A stretch of 64,000 nt of DNA from positions 17,791,781 to 17,855,780 of the forward strand of contig OZ037767.1 of assembly GCA_964035545.1 (NCBI GenBank), written 5' to 3'. A program made the translations under genes and the position numbers. The stretch's first letter is position 1. Each line of letters starts with the position of its first letter. The DNA is from Bugula neritina. Lineage: Eukaryota > Animalia > Bryozoa. The notes under the pieces are model-generated. The model had not been told where the DNA came from. It made no database searches and saw only the letters and a program-made list of their open reading frames with translations. Below are positions 15,401-36,664 of the stretch, piece after piece.

Positions 15401-18400
15401 ATCAGAGAGCCGACGTAGAGAGTGTCTCTATGGTATGGGCATTCATAGCACATGCATCTCTACACAGTAAAGACATCAATGGAGAATAAGAGAGCTCATA
15501 TGCCGAGAGAGAGAAGACATTTAACTAACATAAGAACTTCTATTATAATATTATAATGTACATGAAGATTAATGTTTGGTGCTAACCTTAGAGGGAGGCT
15601 GAACAGGGGGGTCTTTCTCTACTCTGTCAAGAAGCTCAAGAGGGTCAAAATCAGGAGGAAGTTGTATCTGACTAGAGTTCATGACCTCCACTAGTTTGAT
15701 GAGGTCATCAATCTGTATTCCCTCCACAGGGTCTGTATCAGACCTATTCAGACTATCACTGGAAAGCCTTTGCTCTGGCTGTGTCAGTTTAGTCTTGTAC
15801 AGAATGTCAGGTGCTCTGGAGGAAATGTATTTATTGGACAAGCCAATCTTCTCGGGATGAGGTTTGGTGAACAACTGAACGATGCCATGGTCTGTGTATG
15901 TAGTGTGTCCGTCTACCAAAGCCAGACATACGTTCTTAGCTTCCACGGCAGCTTGTCCACTCAGCTTTACTCTACAATATACTCTGTGTATATAATATAC
16001 TATAATATAATATAATATAATATACTACATGTCTTATTATATACTCTACAATATACTCTGTGTATATAATATACCACATGTCTTATTATATACTCTACAA
16101 TATACTCTGTGTATATAATATACTATAATATAATATACTCTACAATATACTCTGTGTATATAATATACTATAATATAATATACTCTACAATATACTCTGT
16201 GTATATAATATACTATAATATAATATAATATACTACATGTCTTATTAGATACTCTACATAGATATAGTAGTATGTATATTATACTAGCTATACGAGAGTG
16301 ATATACTGTAGTACTGAGTATATTATACTAGCTATACGAGAGTGATATACTGTAGTACTGAGTATATTATACTAACTATACGAGAGTGATATACTGTAGT
16401 ACTGAGTATATTATACTAGCTATACGAGAGTGATATACTGTAGTACTGAGTATATTATACTAACTATACGAGAGTGATATACTATAGTACTGAGTATATT
16501 ATACTAGCTATACGAGAGTGATATACTGTAGTACTATGTATATTATACTAGCTATACGAGAGTGATATACTGTAGTACTGAGTATATTATACTAGCTATA
16601 CGAGAGTGATATACTGTAGTACTGAGTATATTATACTAGCTATACGAGAGTGATATACTGTAGTACTGAGTATATTATACTAGGTATACGAGAGTGATAT
16701 ACTGTAGTACTGAGTATATTATACTAGCTATACGAGAGTGATATACTGTAGTACTGAGTATATTATACTAGCTATACGAGAGTGATACACTGTAGTACTG
16801 AGTATATTATACTAGCTACACAAGAGAGTGATATACTGTAGTACTGAGTATATTATACTAGCTATACGAGAGTGATATACTGTAGTACTGAGTATATTAT
16901 ACTAGCTATACGAGAGTGATATACTGTAGTACTGAGTATATTATACTAGCTATACGAGAGTGATATACTGTAGTACTGAGTATATTATACTAGGTATACG
17001 AGAGTGATATACTGTAGTACTGAGTATATTATACTAGCTATACGAGAGTGATATACTGTAGTACTGAGTATATTATACTAACTATACGAGAGTGATATAC
17101 TATAGTACTGAGTATATTATACTAGCTATACGAGAGTGATATACTGTAGTACTGAGTATATTATACTAGCTACACAAGAGAGTGATATACTATAGTACTG
17201 AGTATATTATACTAGCTATACGAGAGTGATATACTGTAGTACTGAGTATATTATACTAACTATACGAGAGTGATATACTATAGTACTGAGTATATTATAC
17301 TAGCTATACGAGAGTGATATACTGTAGTACTGAGTATATTATACTAGCTATACGAGAGTGATATACTGTAGTACTGAGTATATTATACTAGCTATACGAG
17401 AGTGATATACTGTAGTACTGAGTATATTATACTAGCTATACGAGAGTGATATACTGTAGTACTGAGTATATTATACTAGCTATACGAGAGTGATATACTG
17501 TAGTACTGAGTATATTATACTAGTTATACGAGAGTGATATACTGTAGTACTGAGTATATTATACTAGCTATACGAGAGTGATATACTATAGTACTGAGTA
17601 TATTATACTAGCTATACGAGAGTGATATACTATAGTACTGAGTATATTATACTAGCTATACGAGAGTGATATACTGTAGTACTGAGTATATTATACTAGC
17701 TACACAAGAGAGTGATATACTGTAGTACTGAGTATATTATACTAGCTATACGAGAGTGATATACTGTAGTACTGAGTATATTATACTAACTATACGAGAG
17801 TGATATACTATAGTACTGAGTATATTATACTAGCTATACGAGAGTGATATACTGTAGTACTGAGTATATTATACTAGCTATACGAGAGTGATATACTGTA
17901 GTACTGAGTATATTATACTAGCTATACGAGAGTGATATACTGTAGTACTGAGTATATTATACTAGCTATACGAGAGTGATATACTGTAGTACTGAGTATA
18001 TTATACTAGCTATACGAGAGTGATATACTGTAGTACTGAGTATATTATACTAGTTATACGAGAGTGATATACTGTAGTACTGAGTATATTATACTAGCTA
18101 TACGAGAGTGATATACTATAGTACTGAGTATATTATACTAGCTATACGAGAGTGATATACTGTAATACTGAGTATATTATACTAGGTATACGAGAGTGAT
18201 ATACTGTAGTACTGAGTATATTATACTAGCTATACGAGAGTGATATACTGTAGTACTATGTATATTATACTAGCTATACGAGAGTGATATACTGTAGTAC
18301 TGAGTATATTATACTAGCTATACGAGAGTGATATACCCGAATGTCAAGTCAATCCAATGATGCAGATGGCGCGAGACAGAGTCACTCTCAAGCGCTACTC

Positions 18401-21400
18401 TGTGTTGCTCCACGAAGTCCTCAGGTGACTCCGCCCATGTCGGAATCTCAAGGTCAGGGAGGTCATCGTGGATTGATTGGAAGATGGCCGGGTCAGTGTA
18501 GAATTCTGGGATACATTCATCAGGAGTCCATTCCTATTACATGACCAGCACTACTGACTATACACTACTGACTATACACTACTGACTATACACTACTGAC
18601 TATACACTACTGACTATACACTACTGACTATACACTACTGACTATACACTACTGACTATACACTACTGACTATACACTACTGACTATACACTACTGACTA
18701 TACACTACTGACTATACACTACTGACTATACACTACTGACTATACACTACTGACTATACACTACTGACTATACACTACTGACTATACACTACTGACTATA
18801 CACTACTGACTATACACTACTGACTATACACTACTGACTATACACTACTGACTATACACTACTGACTATACACTACTGACTATACACTATACTGACTATA
18901 CACTACTGACTATACACTACTGACTATATACTACTGACTATACACTACTGACTATATACTACTGACTATACACTACTGACTATACACTACTGACTATACA
19001 CTACTGACTATATACTACTGACTATACACTACTGACTATACACTACTGACTATATACTATTGACTATACACTACTGACTATACACTATTGACTATACACT
19101 ACTGACTATACACTACTGACTATACACTACTGACTATATACTACTGACTATACACTACTGACTATACACTACTGACTATACACTACTGACTATACACTAC
19201 TGACTATACACTACTGACTATACACTACTGACTATACACTACTGACTATACACTACTGACTATACACTACTGACTATACACTACTGACAATACACTACTG
19301 ACTATACACTACTGACTATACACTACTGACTATACACTACTGACTATACACTACTGACTATACACTACTGACTATACACTACTGACTATACACTACTGAC
19401 TATACACTACTGACTATACACTACTGACTATACACTACTGACTATACACTACTGACTATACACTACTGACTATACACTACTGACTATACACTACTGACTA
19501 TACACTACTGACTATACACTACTGACTATACACTATTGACTATACACTACTGACTATATACTACTGACTATACACTACTGACTATACACTACTGACTATA
19601 CACTACTGACTATACACTACTGACTATACACTATTGACTATACACTACTGACTATATACTACTGACTATATACTACTGACTATATACTACTGACTATACA
19701 CTACTGACTATACACTACTGACTATACACTACTGACTATTTACAGACCGAGTTCCCAACCTGCAGTCTGCGTATAGATGAGGGGTACTCGTGAGGCACCC
19801 ACTTCTGTCTAACAAACTGACAGAGTATTTCCTTTGGAGTTCTCCTTGCCTTGTAAGTATAATAAGTGATGTCGGAGAGCACATCTGAGATGTGGTGAGG
19901 GTGAACCTTCGGGGAGTGAGAGTGCAAGGACGTCTCAGCTACATCTTCTGCTGTCTCGCTGAGAATATGTCGGGCTACCTCGTACGTCTGATCTAATTGG
20001 TCATCCCCTGCATTTATAATATGTAAATATACAGTAAATATACAGTAAGTATAGAGTAAGTATATAGTAAGTATATAGTAAGCATTTAGACTAACCTTTA
20101 TTGATTCTAAACTTAGACTTTGTTAAATCCCTCCAGCCACCAAGAGGCTGAGAGAAGTCCATGATCCAAGGCAACACTGGGTGATGGTTGGGGTGGCCCA
20201 ACACCCTCCCGCAACATTCATTAAGAAACATTAGATAATCAAAGTTGGATACGAGCCCTTTCACCCATCTGTTGGTCATTGAGGTGAGATTTCTATCTGA
20301 ATGAACAACACAAGCATGTGGATAGCATAGGAAGTAGTATTAGTATTTTTATTAGTACGTATTGGTATTAGTGTTGGCACTAGTACTAGCATTAGTACTT
20401 GTACTGATACTAATACTAGTACTAGTGATAGTACTAGTATTAGTATTATTATTAGATTGGTATTAGTGTTAGTACCAGTACTAGCATTAGTACTTATACT
20501 GATACTAATACTAGTGTTAGTATTAGTACTAGTACTCATACTAATACTAGTGATAGTACTAATACTAGTACTAACACTAGTACTAGTAATAGTACTAGTG
20601 TTAGTAGTAAGTGACTGAAGACATGCACCAACCTGGAGGGTCATCTTCTGAGTTACCGACAACAAAAGTGTCCACATCTGAAACACAATCAATAGAACAT
20701 GCCTTGCATTATTCTAGTCCTGTCTAAAGATGAATACTTTGAGCTATTTATGTAACAACCTATCAAACATGATGTGTTTGGTAAATTTAATAACAGTTTC
20801 TGTTTCTTGGTTGCTGAGCGCAATGACAGAGTGTATGAAATAACAAGAGTAGAAAGACGGCTAGGGTGAAGGACATTTATCAAATAACAAGAGTAGAAAG
20901 ACAGCTAGGGTGAAGGTCATTATTCACCTTGAGAAGCACCAACTGGTGGACAAGAAAATTCCTCACAGAACTTGGGGCAGACAGAGATCCAGAGAAACTC
21001 ATCAACATAGACGTCTTTTAGAGAGATGGAGCCTGCAGTGACCCAGTCCATACATACATACTCTAATACACTGTATATTATACTCTAATACGCTGTATAT
21101 TATACTCTAATACACTGTATATTATACTCTAATACGTTGTATATTATACTCTAATACGCTGTATATTATACTCTAATACATTGTATATTATACTCTAATA
21201 CACTGTATATTATACTCTAATACACTGTATATTATACTCTAATAAGTTGTATATTATACTCTAATACACTGTATATTATACTCTAATACACTGTATATTA
21301 TACTCTAATAAGCTGTATATTATACTCTCACCTAGCAATGTGCCTTTACTGTGTAGGTAGCGCTGGCACTGGAGCAGCTGGTAGATTATGAACTGAATTT

Positions 21401-22738
21401 TACTGACGGAATTCTGAAGTACAGCTGGACTGTATGTCAGGACGTCATGCAGTGTGTGCTGAGGAATAACACAACAGAGTTATACTGTGTAAACTCTCAA
21501 TACTACAGAGTTATACTGTGTAAACTCTCAATACTACAGAGTTACACTGTGTAAACTCTCTCAATACTACAGAGTTATACTGTGTATACTCTCTCAGTAC
21601 TACAGAGTTACACTGTGTAAACTCTCAATACTACAGAGTTACACTGTGTAAACTCTCAATACTATAGAGTTACACTGTGTAAACTCTCAATACTACAGAG
21701 ATGTACTGTGTAAACTCTCAGTACTACAGAGTTACACTGTGTAAACTCTCAATACTACAGAGTTACACTGTGTATACTCTCAATACTACAGAGTTATACT
21801 GTGTATACTCTCAATACTACAGAGTTGTACTGTGTTGCCACATATCACGTACTGTGAAGCTGTACCTTAGGGGTGAGATATGCAATGTCAATAAGGGACA
21901 TCCTATCTTCTCGCTGAGTGACACTAAGAACTGAGGCTATATTGTTGTTAGTAGATGATACCAACACTTCTTCAATGAATTTGAGCAGCTCTGCATCTCC
22001 TCTAAACTGTGTATAAAATATAGAAGTATAGAATACAATATATAAAACAATACATAGGAATATAGAATATAATATATAAAACAATACATAGGAGTGTGTA
22101 GAATATAATATATAATACAATACACAGGAGAGTATAGAATATAATATATAATACAATACACAGGAGTGTATAGAATATAATATATGATACAGCACATAGG
22201 AGAGTATAGAATATAATATATAATACAGTACATAGGAGTGTATAGAATATAATATATAATACAATACATAGGAGTGTATAGAATATAATATATAATACAA
22301 TACATAGGAGAGTATAGAATATAATATATAATACAGTACATAGGAGTGTATAGAATATAACATATAATACAATACATAGGAGAGTATAGAATATAATATA
22401 TAATACAGTACATAGGAGTGTATAGAATATAATATATAATACAATACATAGGAGTGTATAGAATATAATATATAATACAATACATAGGAGAGTATAGAAT
22501 ATAATATATAATACAATACATAGGAGAGTATAGAATATAATATATAATACAATACACAGGAGTGTAGCAGGCATATCTTACTGGTTTGGGAGAAGAGACA
22601 GGGGAGTTGGCACACTGATAGAGCTGCGCTTTATGGAAACATTTAGACCAACAATTTGTATAATTTTCTTGTTCCGTGAAGGATAGGAAGTGATGGAGAG
22701 TAGACAGGGAGCTTCTACCATTAGCAACGCCTGTGAAT
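339..22738 (-). CDS. WDR81: WD repeat-containing protein 81 (BEACH + WD40), multi-exon; 3' end runs off the window, start codon unresolved (probably 22.8-23.8 kb)
   Basis: Spliced translation matches WDR81 motifs: [146 protein letters not shown] exons: 22582-22738 (frame less certain), 21866-22006, 21332-21458, 20928-21032, 20633-20677, 20096-20296, 19760-20007, 18337-18533, 15587-15971, 15281-15459, 15055-15178, 14642-14797, 14352-14541, 14000-14178, 13368-13679, 10718-10840, 10100-10364, 9883-10002, 9535-9712, 8946-9043, 8672-8837, 3193-3326, 2663-2783, 2458-2560, 1762-1901, 1254-1455, 339-542; phases are consistent from 22006 downstream. Confidence 0.93.
555..1232. repeat. intronic minisatellite, 21-bp unit
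   Basis: (gagagatgagtattatatgta)n. Confidence 0.95.
1254..1455 (-). CDS. WDR81: WDR81 exon (WD40 region)
   Basis: [31 protein letters not shown]; AG/GT bounded. Confidence 0.88.
1490..1757. repeat. intronic minisatellite, 14-bp unit
   Basis: (tattactacagata)n. Confidence 0.9.
1762..1901 (-). CDS. WDR81: WDR81 exon (WD40 region)
   Basis: [19 protein letters not shown]; AG/GT bounded. Confidence 0.88.
1899..2432. repeat. intronic minisatellite, 14-bp unit containing the acceptor site
   Basis: (cacctgtagaataa)n, i.e. TTATTCTACAG|GTG on the sense strand. Confidence 0.95.
2458..2560 (-). CDS. WDR81: WDR81 exon (WD40 region)
   Basis: [19 protein letters not shown]|GTGAGT. Confidence 0.9.
2663..2783 (-). 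CDS. WDR81: WDR81 exon (first WD40 repeat)
   Basis: [31 protein letters not shown]. Confidence 0.9.
2783..3150. repeat. intronic minisatellite, 53-bp unit containing the acceptor site
   Basis: cctgtatataatacactacattataatacacatactgtagagtagatgctata, about 7 copies. Confidence 0.92.
3193..3326 (-). CDS. WDR81: WDR81 exon
   Basis: [29 protein letters not shown]. Confidence 0.9.
3355..8556. repeat. intronic satellite, 25-bp unit, about 200 copies
   Basis: (ctctatatggtagagttatactata)n. Confidence 0.97.
8672..8837 (-). CDS. WDR81: WDR81 exon (low-conservation linker)
   Basis: [22 protein letters not shown]; phase-consistent AG/GT. Confidence 0.7.
8946..9043 (-). CDS. WDR81: WDR81 exon (linker)
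   Basis: [17 protein letters not shown]; phase-consistent. Confidence 0.65.
9074..9530. repeat. (TAC/ACT)n trinucleotide microsatellite
   Basis: Directly visible; fills intron 9044-9534. Confidence 0.95.
9535..9712 (-). CDS. WDR81: WDR81 exon
   Basis: [35 protein letters not shown]. Confidence 0.85.
9883..10002 (-). CDS. WDR81: WDR81 exon
   Basis: [19 protein letters not shown]; donor A|GTAAGT; acceptor position less certain. Confidence 0.65.
10100..10364 (-). CDS. WDR81: WDR81 exon
   Basis: [44 protein letters not shown]. Confidence 0.85.
10374..10670. repeat. intronic minisatellite, 22-bp unit
   Basis: (atagtaatatatgtaatagtat)n. Confidence 0.9.
10718..10840 (-). CDS. WDR81: WDR81 exon
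   Basis: [27 protein letters not shown]. Confidence 0.85.
10856..13400. repeat. intronic satellite, 43-bp unit spanning the exon end and donor, about 59 copies
   Basis: (gtagtaatataactcactactctaataacagaagggatatact)n. Confidence 0.97.
13368..13679 (-). CDS. WDR81: WDR81 exon
   Basis: [44 protein letters not shown]. Confidence 0.9.
13708..13983. repeat. intronic minisatellite, 15-bp unit
   Basis: (tatcacatgacatga)n. Confidence 0.9.
14000..14178 (-). CDS. WDR81: WDR81 exon
   Basis: [22 protein letters not shown]. Confidence 0.85.
14352..14541 (-). CDS. WDR81: WDR81 exon
   Basis: [27 protein letters not shown]. Confidence 0.85.
14642..14797 (-). CDS. WDR81: WDR81 exon
   Basis: [15 protein letters not shown]; acceptor is the last copy of a 29-bp repeat. 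Confidence 0.8.
15055..15178 (-). CDS. WDR81: WDR81 exon
   Basis: [24 protein letters not shown]. Confidence 0.75.
15281..15459 (-). CDS. WDR81: WDR81 exon
   Basis: [20 protein letters not shown]. Confidence 0.75.
15587..15971 (-). CDS. WDR81: WDR81 exon (end of BEACH domain)
   Basis: [32 protein letters not shown]. Confidence 0.92.
16274..18336. repeat. intronic satellite, 44-bp unit starting at the donor GT
   Basis: (gtatattatactagctatacgagagtgatatactgtagtactga)n. Confidence 0.97.
18337..18533 (-). CDS. WDR81: WDR81 exon (BEACH domain)
   Basis: [56 protein letters not shown]. Confidence 0.95.
18549..19738. repeat. intronic minisatellite, 14-bp unit
   Basis: (cactactgactata)n. Confidence 0.97.
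19760..20007 (-). CDS. WDR81: WDR81 exon (BEACH domain)
   Basis: [44 protein letters not shown]. Confidence 0.95.
20096..20296 (-). CDS. WDR81: WDR81 exon (start of BEACH domain)
   Basis: [39 protein letters not shown]. Confidence 0.95.
20928..21032 (-). CDS. WDR81: WDR81 exon
   Basis: [16 protein letters not shown]. Confidence 0.8.
21058..21328. repeat. intronic minisatellite, 22-bp unit
   Basis: (tactctaatacactgtatatta)n. Confidence 0.9.
21332..21458 (-). CDS. WDR81: WDR81 exon
   Basis: [34 protein letters not shown]. Confidence 0.88.
21474..21833. repeat. intronic minisatellite, 31-bp unit
   Basis: (cagagttacactgtgtaaactctcaatacta)n. Confidence 0.9.
21866..22006 (-). CDS. WDR81: WDR81 exon
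   Basis: Open frame, AG/GT bounded, phase-compatible with neighbours. Confidence 0.65.
22026..22565. repeat. intronic minisatellite, 36-bp unit
   Basis: (tacataggagtgtatagaatataatatataatacaa)n. Confidence 0.92.
22582..22738 (-). CDS. WDR81: WDR81 N-terminal exon
   Basis: [18 protein letters not shown] resembles the WDR81 N-terminal 'F...AQNYRNLW' motif; a second frame is also open. Confidence 0.55.
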
Positions 22739-22842
22739 CTGTAATATCAATCAAGCAGAGTGTAAGCAGCAGCTATGAAGTTGAGGCGGAGAGCCAGAGG
22801 TGTGTACTGACCTTCTTGACACTGCCTTTACTCTGTTCAACA

Positions 22843-23204
22843 GTGTAGTCAGGTGGTGTCAGTAATGTGTAGTCAGAAGGTATCAGTAATGTGTAGTCAG
22901 GTGGTGTCAGCAAAGTGTAGTCAGGTGGTGTCAGTAATGTGTAGTCAGATGGTGTCAGTAATGTGTAGTCAGGTGGTGTCAGTAATGTGTAGTCAGGAGG
23001 TATCAGTAATGTGTAGTCAGATGGTGTCAGCAATGTGTAGTCAGAAGGTGTCAGTAATGTGTAGTCAGGTGGTGTCAGTAATGTGTAGTCAGAAGGTGTC
23101 AGTAATGTGTAGTCAGATGGTGTCAGCAATGTGTAGTCAGAAGGTATCAGCAATGTGTAGTCAGAAGGTATCAGTAATGTGTAGTCAGGTGGTGTCAGTA
23201 ATGT
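22843..23204. repeat. minisatellite, 24-bp unit (probably intronic)
   Basis: (gtgtagtcaggtggtgtcagtaat)n. Confidence 0.92.
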
Positions 23205-26200
23205 CACTCACTCTCACCTGCTGAAGGTAGACTTTCTGTAAGTGTAGGTAATCTTGCTCTCCATTATTATGTAGCAGGAAGTTCATAGCTTCAGAAGATA
23301 AAAGAATAACTAAAGTACAGCAACAGAATATTCAGTTTTGGTAAAATTAAACGTAGTGGATTGTCACACATTAAATTTAATATTGAGTTTGCTTTGCAAA
23401 AATCAAGCAAAATGAATATCAAAAGAAGAAAACTAGAGTTAGATAGTAAATATCAACATGCCAGTAATATGTAAAGTCTAACATTCAACACACTAAGCTC
23501 AATCATAATCACAATTAGTATCACTGTGATTATCATAACCTCATTGATATTGCAATAGATGATATTGCGAGTTAGAATAATGAACTGGAAACATAACTCC
23601 TTGTGTGTAAGAGAAAAGAGCAGAAAGGCTTTCCAGGTGTAGAGGTCTTAATTGTTGTAGAGAATGTAATATCAAAGTCTGTATCCTAGGTCTGGGCTTG
23701 GCGAGCTGCAGTGGTAGACTGAACTACACTGGCAAACTCGCCTCCTTATATACTCTAAAAATTGCGTGACACCAAAAATTGTGAGTCCAACTTTCGGTGC
23801 CATCCGACTTCAGCCGAAGATCGATTTATAAAACAAAAGAAAAGGTGGACAAAGAAAAATAAACAATTAACTACGCCAAGAGCTTAACTATAATAACAGC
23901 AATTAAGGCATTTAAAAAACTATGCCAAAAGTTTAACAACACAAATATAAATAGGTAGGCTAATGCTTTCCAGCACTTTCCAGAACAAAGCGTGATGATA
24001 ACTCCCAAAATATACTACGATTTTGTATACATACGCAAAATGGTTCAACTGCACACTACCAGCGATAGCAATACAAATTTTCATTAACATGACTGTGAGG
24101 TGTAATGGTCTGAATGATAATGAAGTAGGCTTGTGGTCAAATTTGAATAGACTAGCCAAACCGAAATTGAACTTGAGTGTCTCGTGGTGAATCTTTGTTT
24201 TCAGGTTGGTACACCTAAAACTGCAAACTCAAACCAGTATTAATTATTGTAATAATTAAATTTCAATCTAATATTAACAGAGTGATTAATTTCAAATCCC
24301 TAACACTATGAAGTATGACTATCAGTACGAGTATTGATGTTTTCTAAACTTATCTTCGATTCCCACCAAAGTACTCAATACTTAATAGACATTTTTAACA
24401 ATAAAATATAATCATATTAATATTGATTACCATAATCATAATGATAATGTCAATAATGAATAATAATTCATAATAATTATATTTATAATGCCATTGAATG
24501 GCAATAGACATAGTCCCAATGGGCAACCGCACTATTGTCAATGTCACTATGTGAATCAGAATGACCATCACAATGTCAACGTGAATGTGTAAACCATTGA
24601 AAGTGAATAACATTGGCAATGAGTGAACCTGAATGACCGCATACTGCATAGCCATAAGTCTAGACTAACTCTAAATTACTGTCTAAGTCTAAGAGTAAGA
24701 CTGAGACTAAGAGTCTTACTGTAACTGTAAGACTACGAGTAACTGTAAGAGTAAGAGGAAGCTTGCTTCGAAATTGAAGTTAATTTATATTAGCCAAAAT
24801 GAACAGTTGCTTGATTTAAATTATAAAGCAGAGCCATGATTTTATTTGAAAATAACTTTAAAATAGATTACCGCATATGTCATGGTCATGATTGTGATAA
24901 TGAATTCGAGGACTCAACAAGAAGTTGGATTGTAAAATTAATAGGAACTGATTAATAAAAGACATACATGTGCTCGCGAAAATCGCTAGCTTGTAGTACT
25001 GACAAATGGACATTTTGAGTTTTACGGCCACGCCCAGTTTTACAAGTAAAGTTCTTCATCACGCGTTATCGAGGTGCTTGTTATGCGTGCTATTTGTTTT
25101 AACCTTTAACCTTTGCACTATGTTCTTGTTATTTAAATGATAACCATGAGTTGTAAGTGGTTTAACTTTATTTAGCTTTCAATTTTCAATGATCATCAAT
25201 TAGAAACCTAAGTAAATTTATTTGTGTGTGTCACCAACCTTCTAGATGTTATGTGTGCTGTGTGCAGCCTAGCCTGTAAATAAACGGCATTCCATTATAT
25301 TGATATCACGTGACCATATGCAGACGACTTTATCTAGTACAGGCAATTGATGTCCTGCAAGAGTAGAAAGTTGTAGATACCGATCCTGACTGAGACTCAC
25401 ATTTTTTATAATATAAAATCCAAAAAAGATTGCAGCGGTTTAAAGTGGCAATGATACTGAATACCTGAAGGTAATACCTGAAAACAAAAAAAATAAGTGT
25501 CAAAATACTTATTTAGTTATTGTCTAGGTTTAGACTAATCAATATGAATAACTATAAAGTATAAGTATAAGTATAAGATAATAAAACTTTAAAGGGCAAG
25601 TACAACATTTATACATTAATTATAAAATTAACTTCAAGTAAAACTTAAAACTAGGTATAAGTATAATTATAACATGTATACTTTGAGTCAATAAAAAACT
25701 AGTGTTGCAATACTTATTGTTATATTTTTGCTTAGTCTTATAATTATAAAGTCATTAAATTTTGACATTGAATTCATTGATTTAATAAATTTAACTTCAA
25801 ATAATCTTAATATTATCACTCCTCTGGCTTATGCATTCATATTGAGTTTGATATTTATAACTTTGATATTCAATAATTAATATAGTGATTGAAATATTTA
25901 CCACTAGAGTATAGATATCAATATGAATGTATAAATACTTATATATTATTAAACATACTCATAGCTTTATCCAAAAGCTAACTATAATAATGATTAGTGT
26001 ACAACTAATACAAGTATTACTAAATCTACTAGTAAAACACTCTATATACAGATTGTAACTTTCAGCAGTTAACATATAATCAAACTCAAATAAATATGCT
26101 AATGTTAACCCCAAAGTGACTGAAAATAATAAAAACATGTAATGCTACTGGTAATAGAACTGAAAATAGTTGAAGATCAAAAATATTTTAGTTTAAATTA

Positions 26201-27843
26201 TTTTTGCATTCACAGTAACGTAATCAGTTGTTTGTGCTGATTAACTGCTGCTTGCATCTAAATGTCTTGTATATGAATCGAAAGTTTATTCAATAATGCT
26301 TAGTACTCACACTTTGCTACTTTATTCTACAATAAGCCACCAATTATGGTAAAATAAGAAAACAACATTCTGTCACCTGTCTACCTTTGAAGTTCTACAA
26401 TTACGAGGAACATCTCAGTTTCTGTAGCTTAGTTTGAGCTGGCACTGTTCAGTAAAGCCACGGTACAGTAAAATTAGGAGATTATTAATTATATTAACAT
26501 TAGAGAAGAACAATTGAATTAACATTAAGGGATTATTAATTATATTAACATTAAGAGCAGAATAATTGTATTAGCATTATGATTAATAATAACTATATTA
26601 ACACCAAGAGAAGGATAATTGCATTCGCATTACAAATTAATAGTTACAAATAATAACATTATAGGAGATTACCAATAATTTTGAAATTAAAGAATTAATC
26701 ATTATATTAGCATTGAGGATGTTGTACCATACATTACACTATTTCAATTGACTTGATTTATACCTGGGTCTTCTCTGCACAACAGAGAGAACAACAGTTT
26801 GACAATAAGTGCAACATTGCAAAACACCTTCTTTCAATAGTTGTATTGGTATTAATACTACCATCAACAAATGTATGATTATACTAGCATGAAGAAAGTA
26901 ACTATAATATTTAGAAAGACACGTATTGTGATGCAATTACTTTTACAGTACCAACTATCATCTTAGTTTGTCAGGTGAAAGTCTAGTTACTCTGCTTATG
27001 ATTTAAAGTGTTTATCTCTCTCTCTCTTTGTGCCTGATTATTCGATCATTGGTCTGGTTGTATGCAACTTCAATAACAGTTAATGCATGCTAAATAACTA
27101 CTGATGAATATTGACTCTTTCTGAGATGTTGAAATTTCTGTCGTATCAAGTAGAGCTGTTAAACTCTTTTCATCATATTACACAGTAACAAATATTTTAT
27201 TATATAATAGTACTGATTATCCCCCTTTGACTAATGGACATTATTGCTATGGTACCTAAAGTTCTGTATGATCTATTGCATCAATTTTGCATAATAACTT
27301 ATTATAATGCAAGTTCAGTCCCTGTTTAGCACTATTTACAAAGATATATCTTTAACTGCTTAGCAACTATATCAATGCACTTTTAACAAAAGCAACGATT
27401 GTGTTGCCTTCAACTTGAAATCTTGACCTATTAGTTTGCTCAGCATCATTCAGTAATGACATATTATTTGGTATGTTATTCTATTTAAGGAGTTAATCAG
27501 GTGGTTAACTTCTCTGTTCCTACAGCCACACAAATAGTTCTTTGTGGTGGCTGTTATCTAGCTGGTCTAGTTATAATGTATTCAAAGTTTGAATAACTCT
27601 CTAATCACTCATGTGTGACTGAAAATTATTTTAATCTTTGCTGATAGTGCGAGAGGGGCATTACCCTCAGCTCATAAGCATCTTGTAGACTTATAGGCTA
27701 TGTGGAATAGATTAGGCTGAAGTTGTTATTCGTTGAAGGTTTAGGTAACTAGCATGTTGCAACAATTATAACCTCCTCAATATTGGCACATTATGTTATG
27801 CTGTGTTGACATTCAACTAGTAGAGTTTAGACTTGGAGGAAGT

Positions 27844-35956
<8,113 letters not shown>

Positions 35957-36664
35957 TGTCACAGGAGTTAACTTTAGTTTAAACATACTGACTGACAATA
36001 TGCCATTGAAGAGTGTATAGTAACTTTCTTCATTTATTACCTAATTTTACTTTATAAAATAACATAATATACTTAAAATAAGGAGAAGTAAATACTTCAC
36101 AGCTATATTTTGTAGCAGTACTGGGGGGGGGAATGTATTTACAGTGATGGATGTTTTCTTAAACTTCTTATTTCCTGAACAAAATTGGACCCAATGCATA
36201 TTCAAAATAAACTTTACTACTTGAAATAATATGCCAATAATAAAGTAACATTTTTTGTTGTTGTTTTCAATTTATTGCTTCTAATAGTTCTAATAGTAAA
36301 TATAGAAAGAGAAAAATAAAAATTTTAAGCTAAGGAAATGAAGGAGTACAAAAAAAGAAGCTAAAGGGTAATGTCTGATAGCTTGAAGCTAGTAAGGAAA
36401 CAGCTCGACTTTCTATAGGATAAAAAACCCTGCCCAATCAATACAGCAAGGAGGTCTGATCAATACAGCAAGGAGGCCCCATCCATACCAGCAGCGCCAT
36501 ACTCTGTCTATAGACAGTTCCCTCACCATCCCAGAAGTCATGCTCTCAAAATCATACAAATATTTATTAAATAACTTTGCAGCTTTAAATAACATAGACT
36601 CTGTTCGTTTCAAATTTATTAGTTTTAATTGCATTGCTGACTTTCAATCTTGTCACATAAATAT

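Noticed and set aside
21845-23224. Repetitive Tyr/Ile/Cys-rich and TPPDYTLL ORFs
   Set aside because: Products of 36-bp and 24-bp tandem repeats
24000-27800. Short ORFs in the WDR81-laccase intergenic region
   Set aside because: AT-rich, no recognisable motifs and no consistent exon chain
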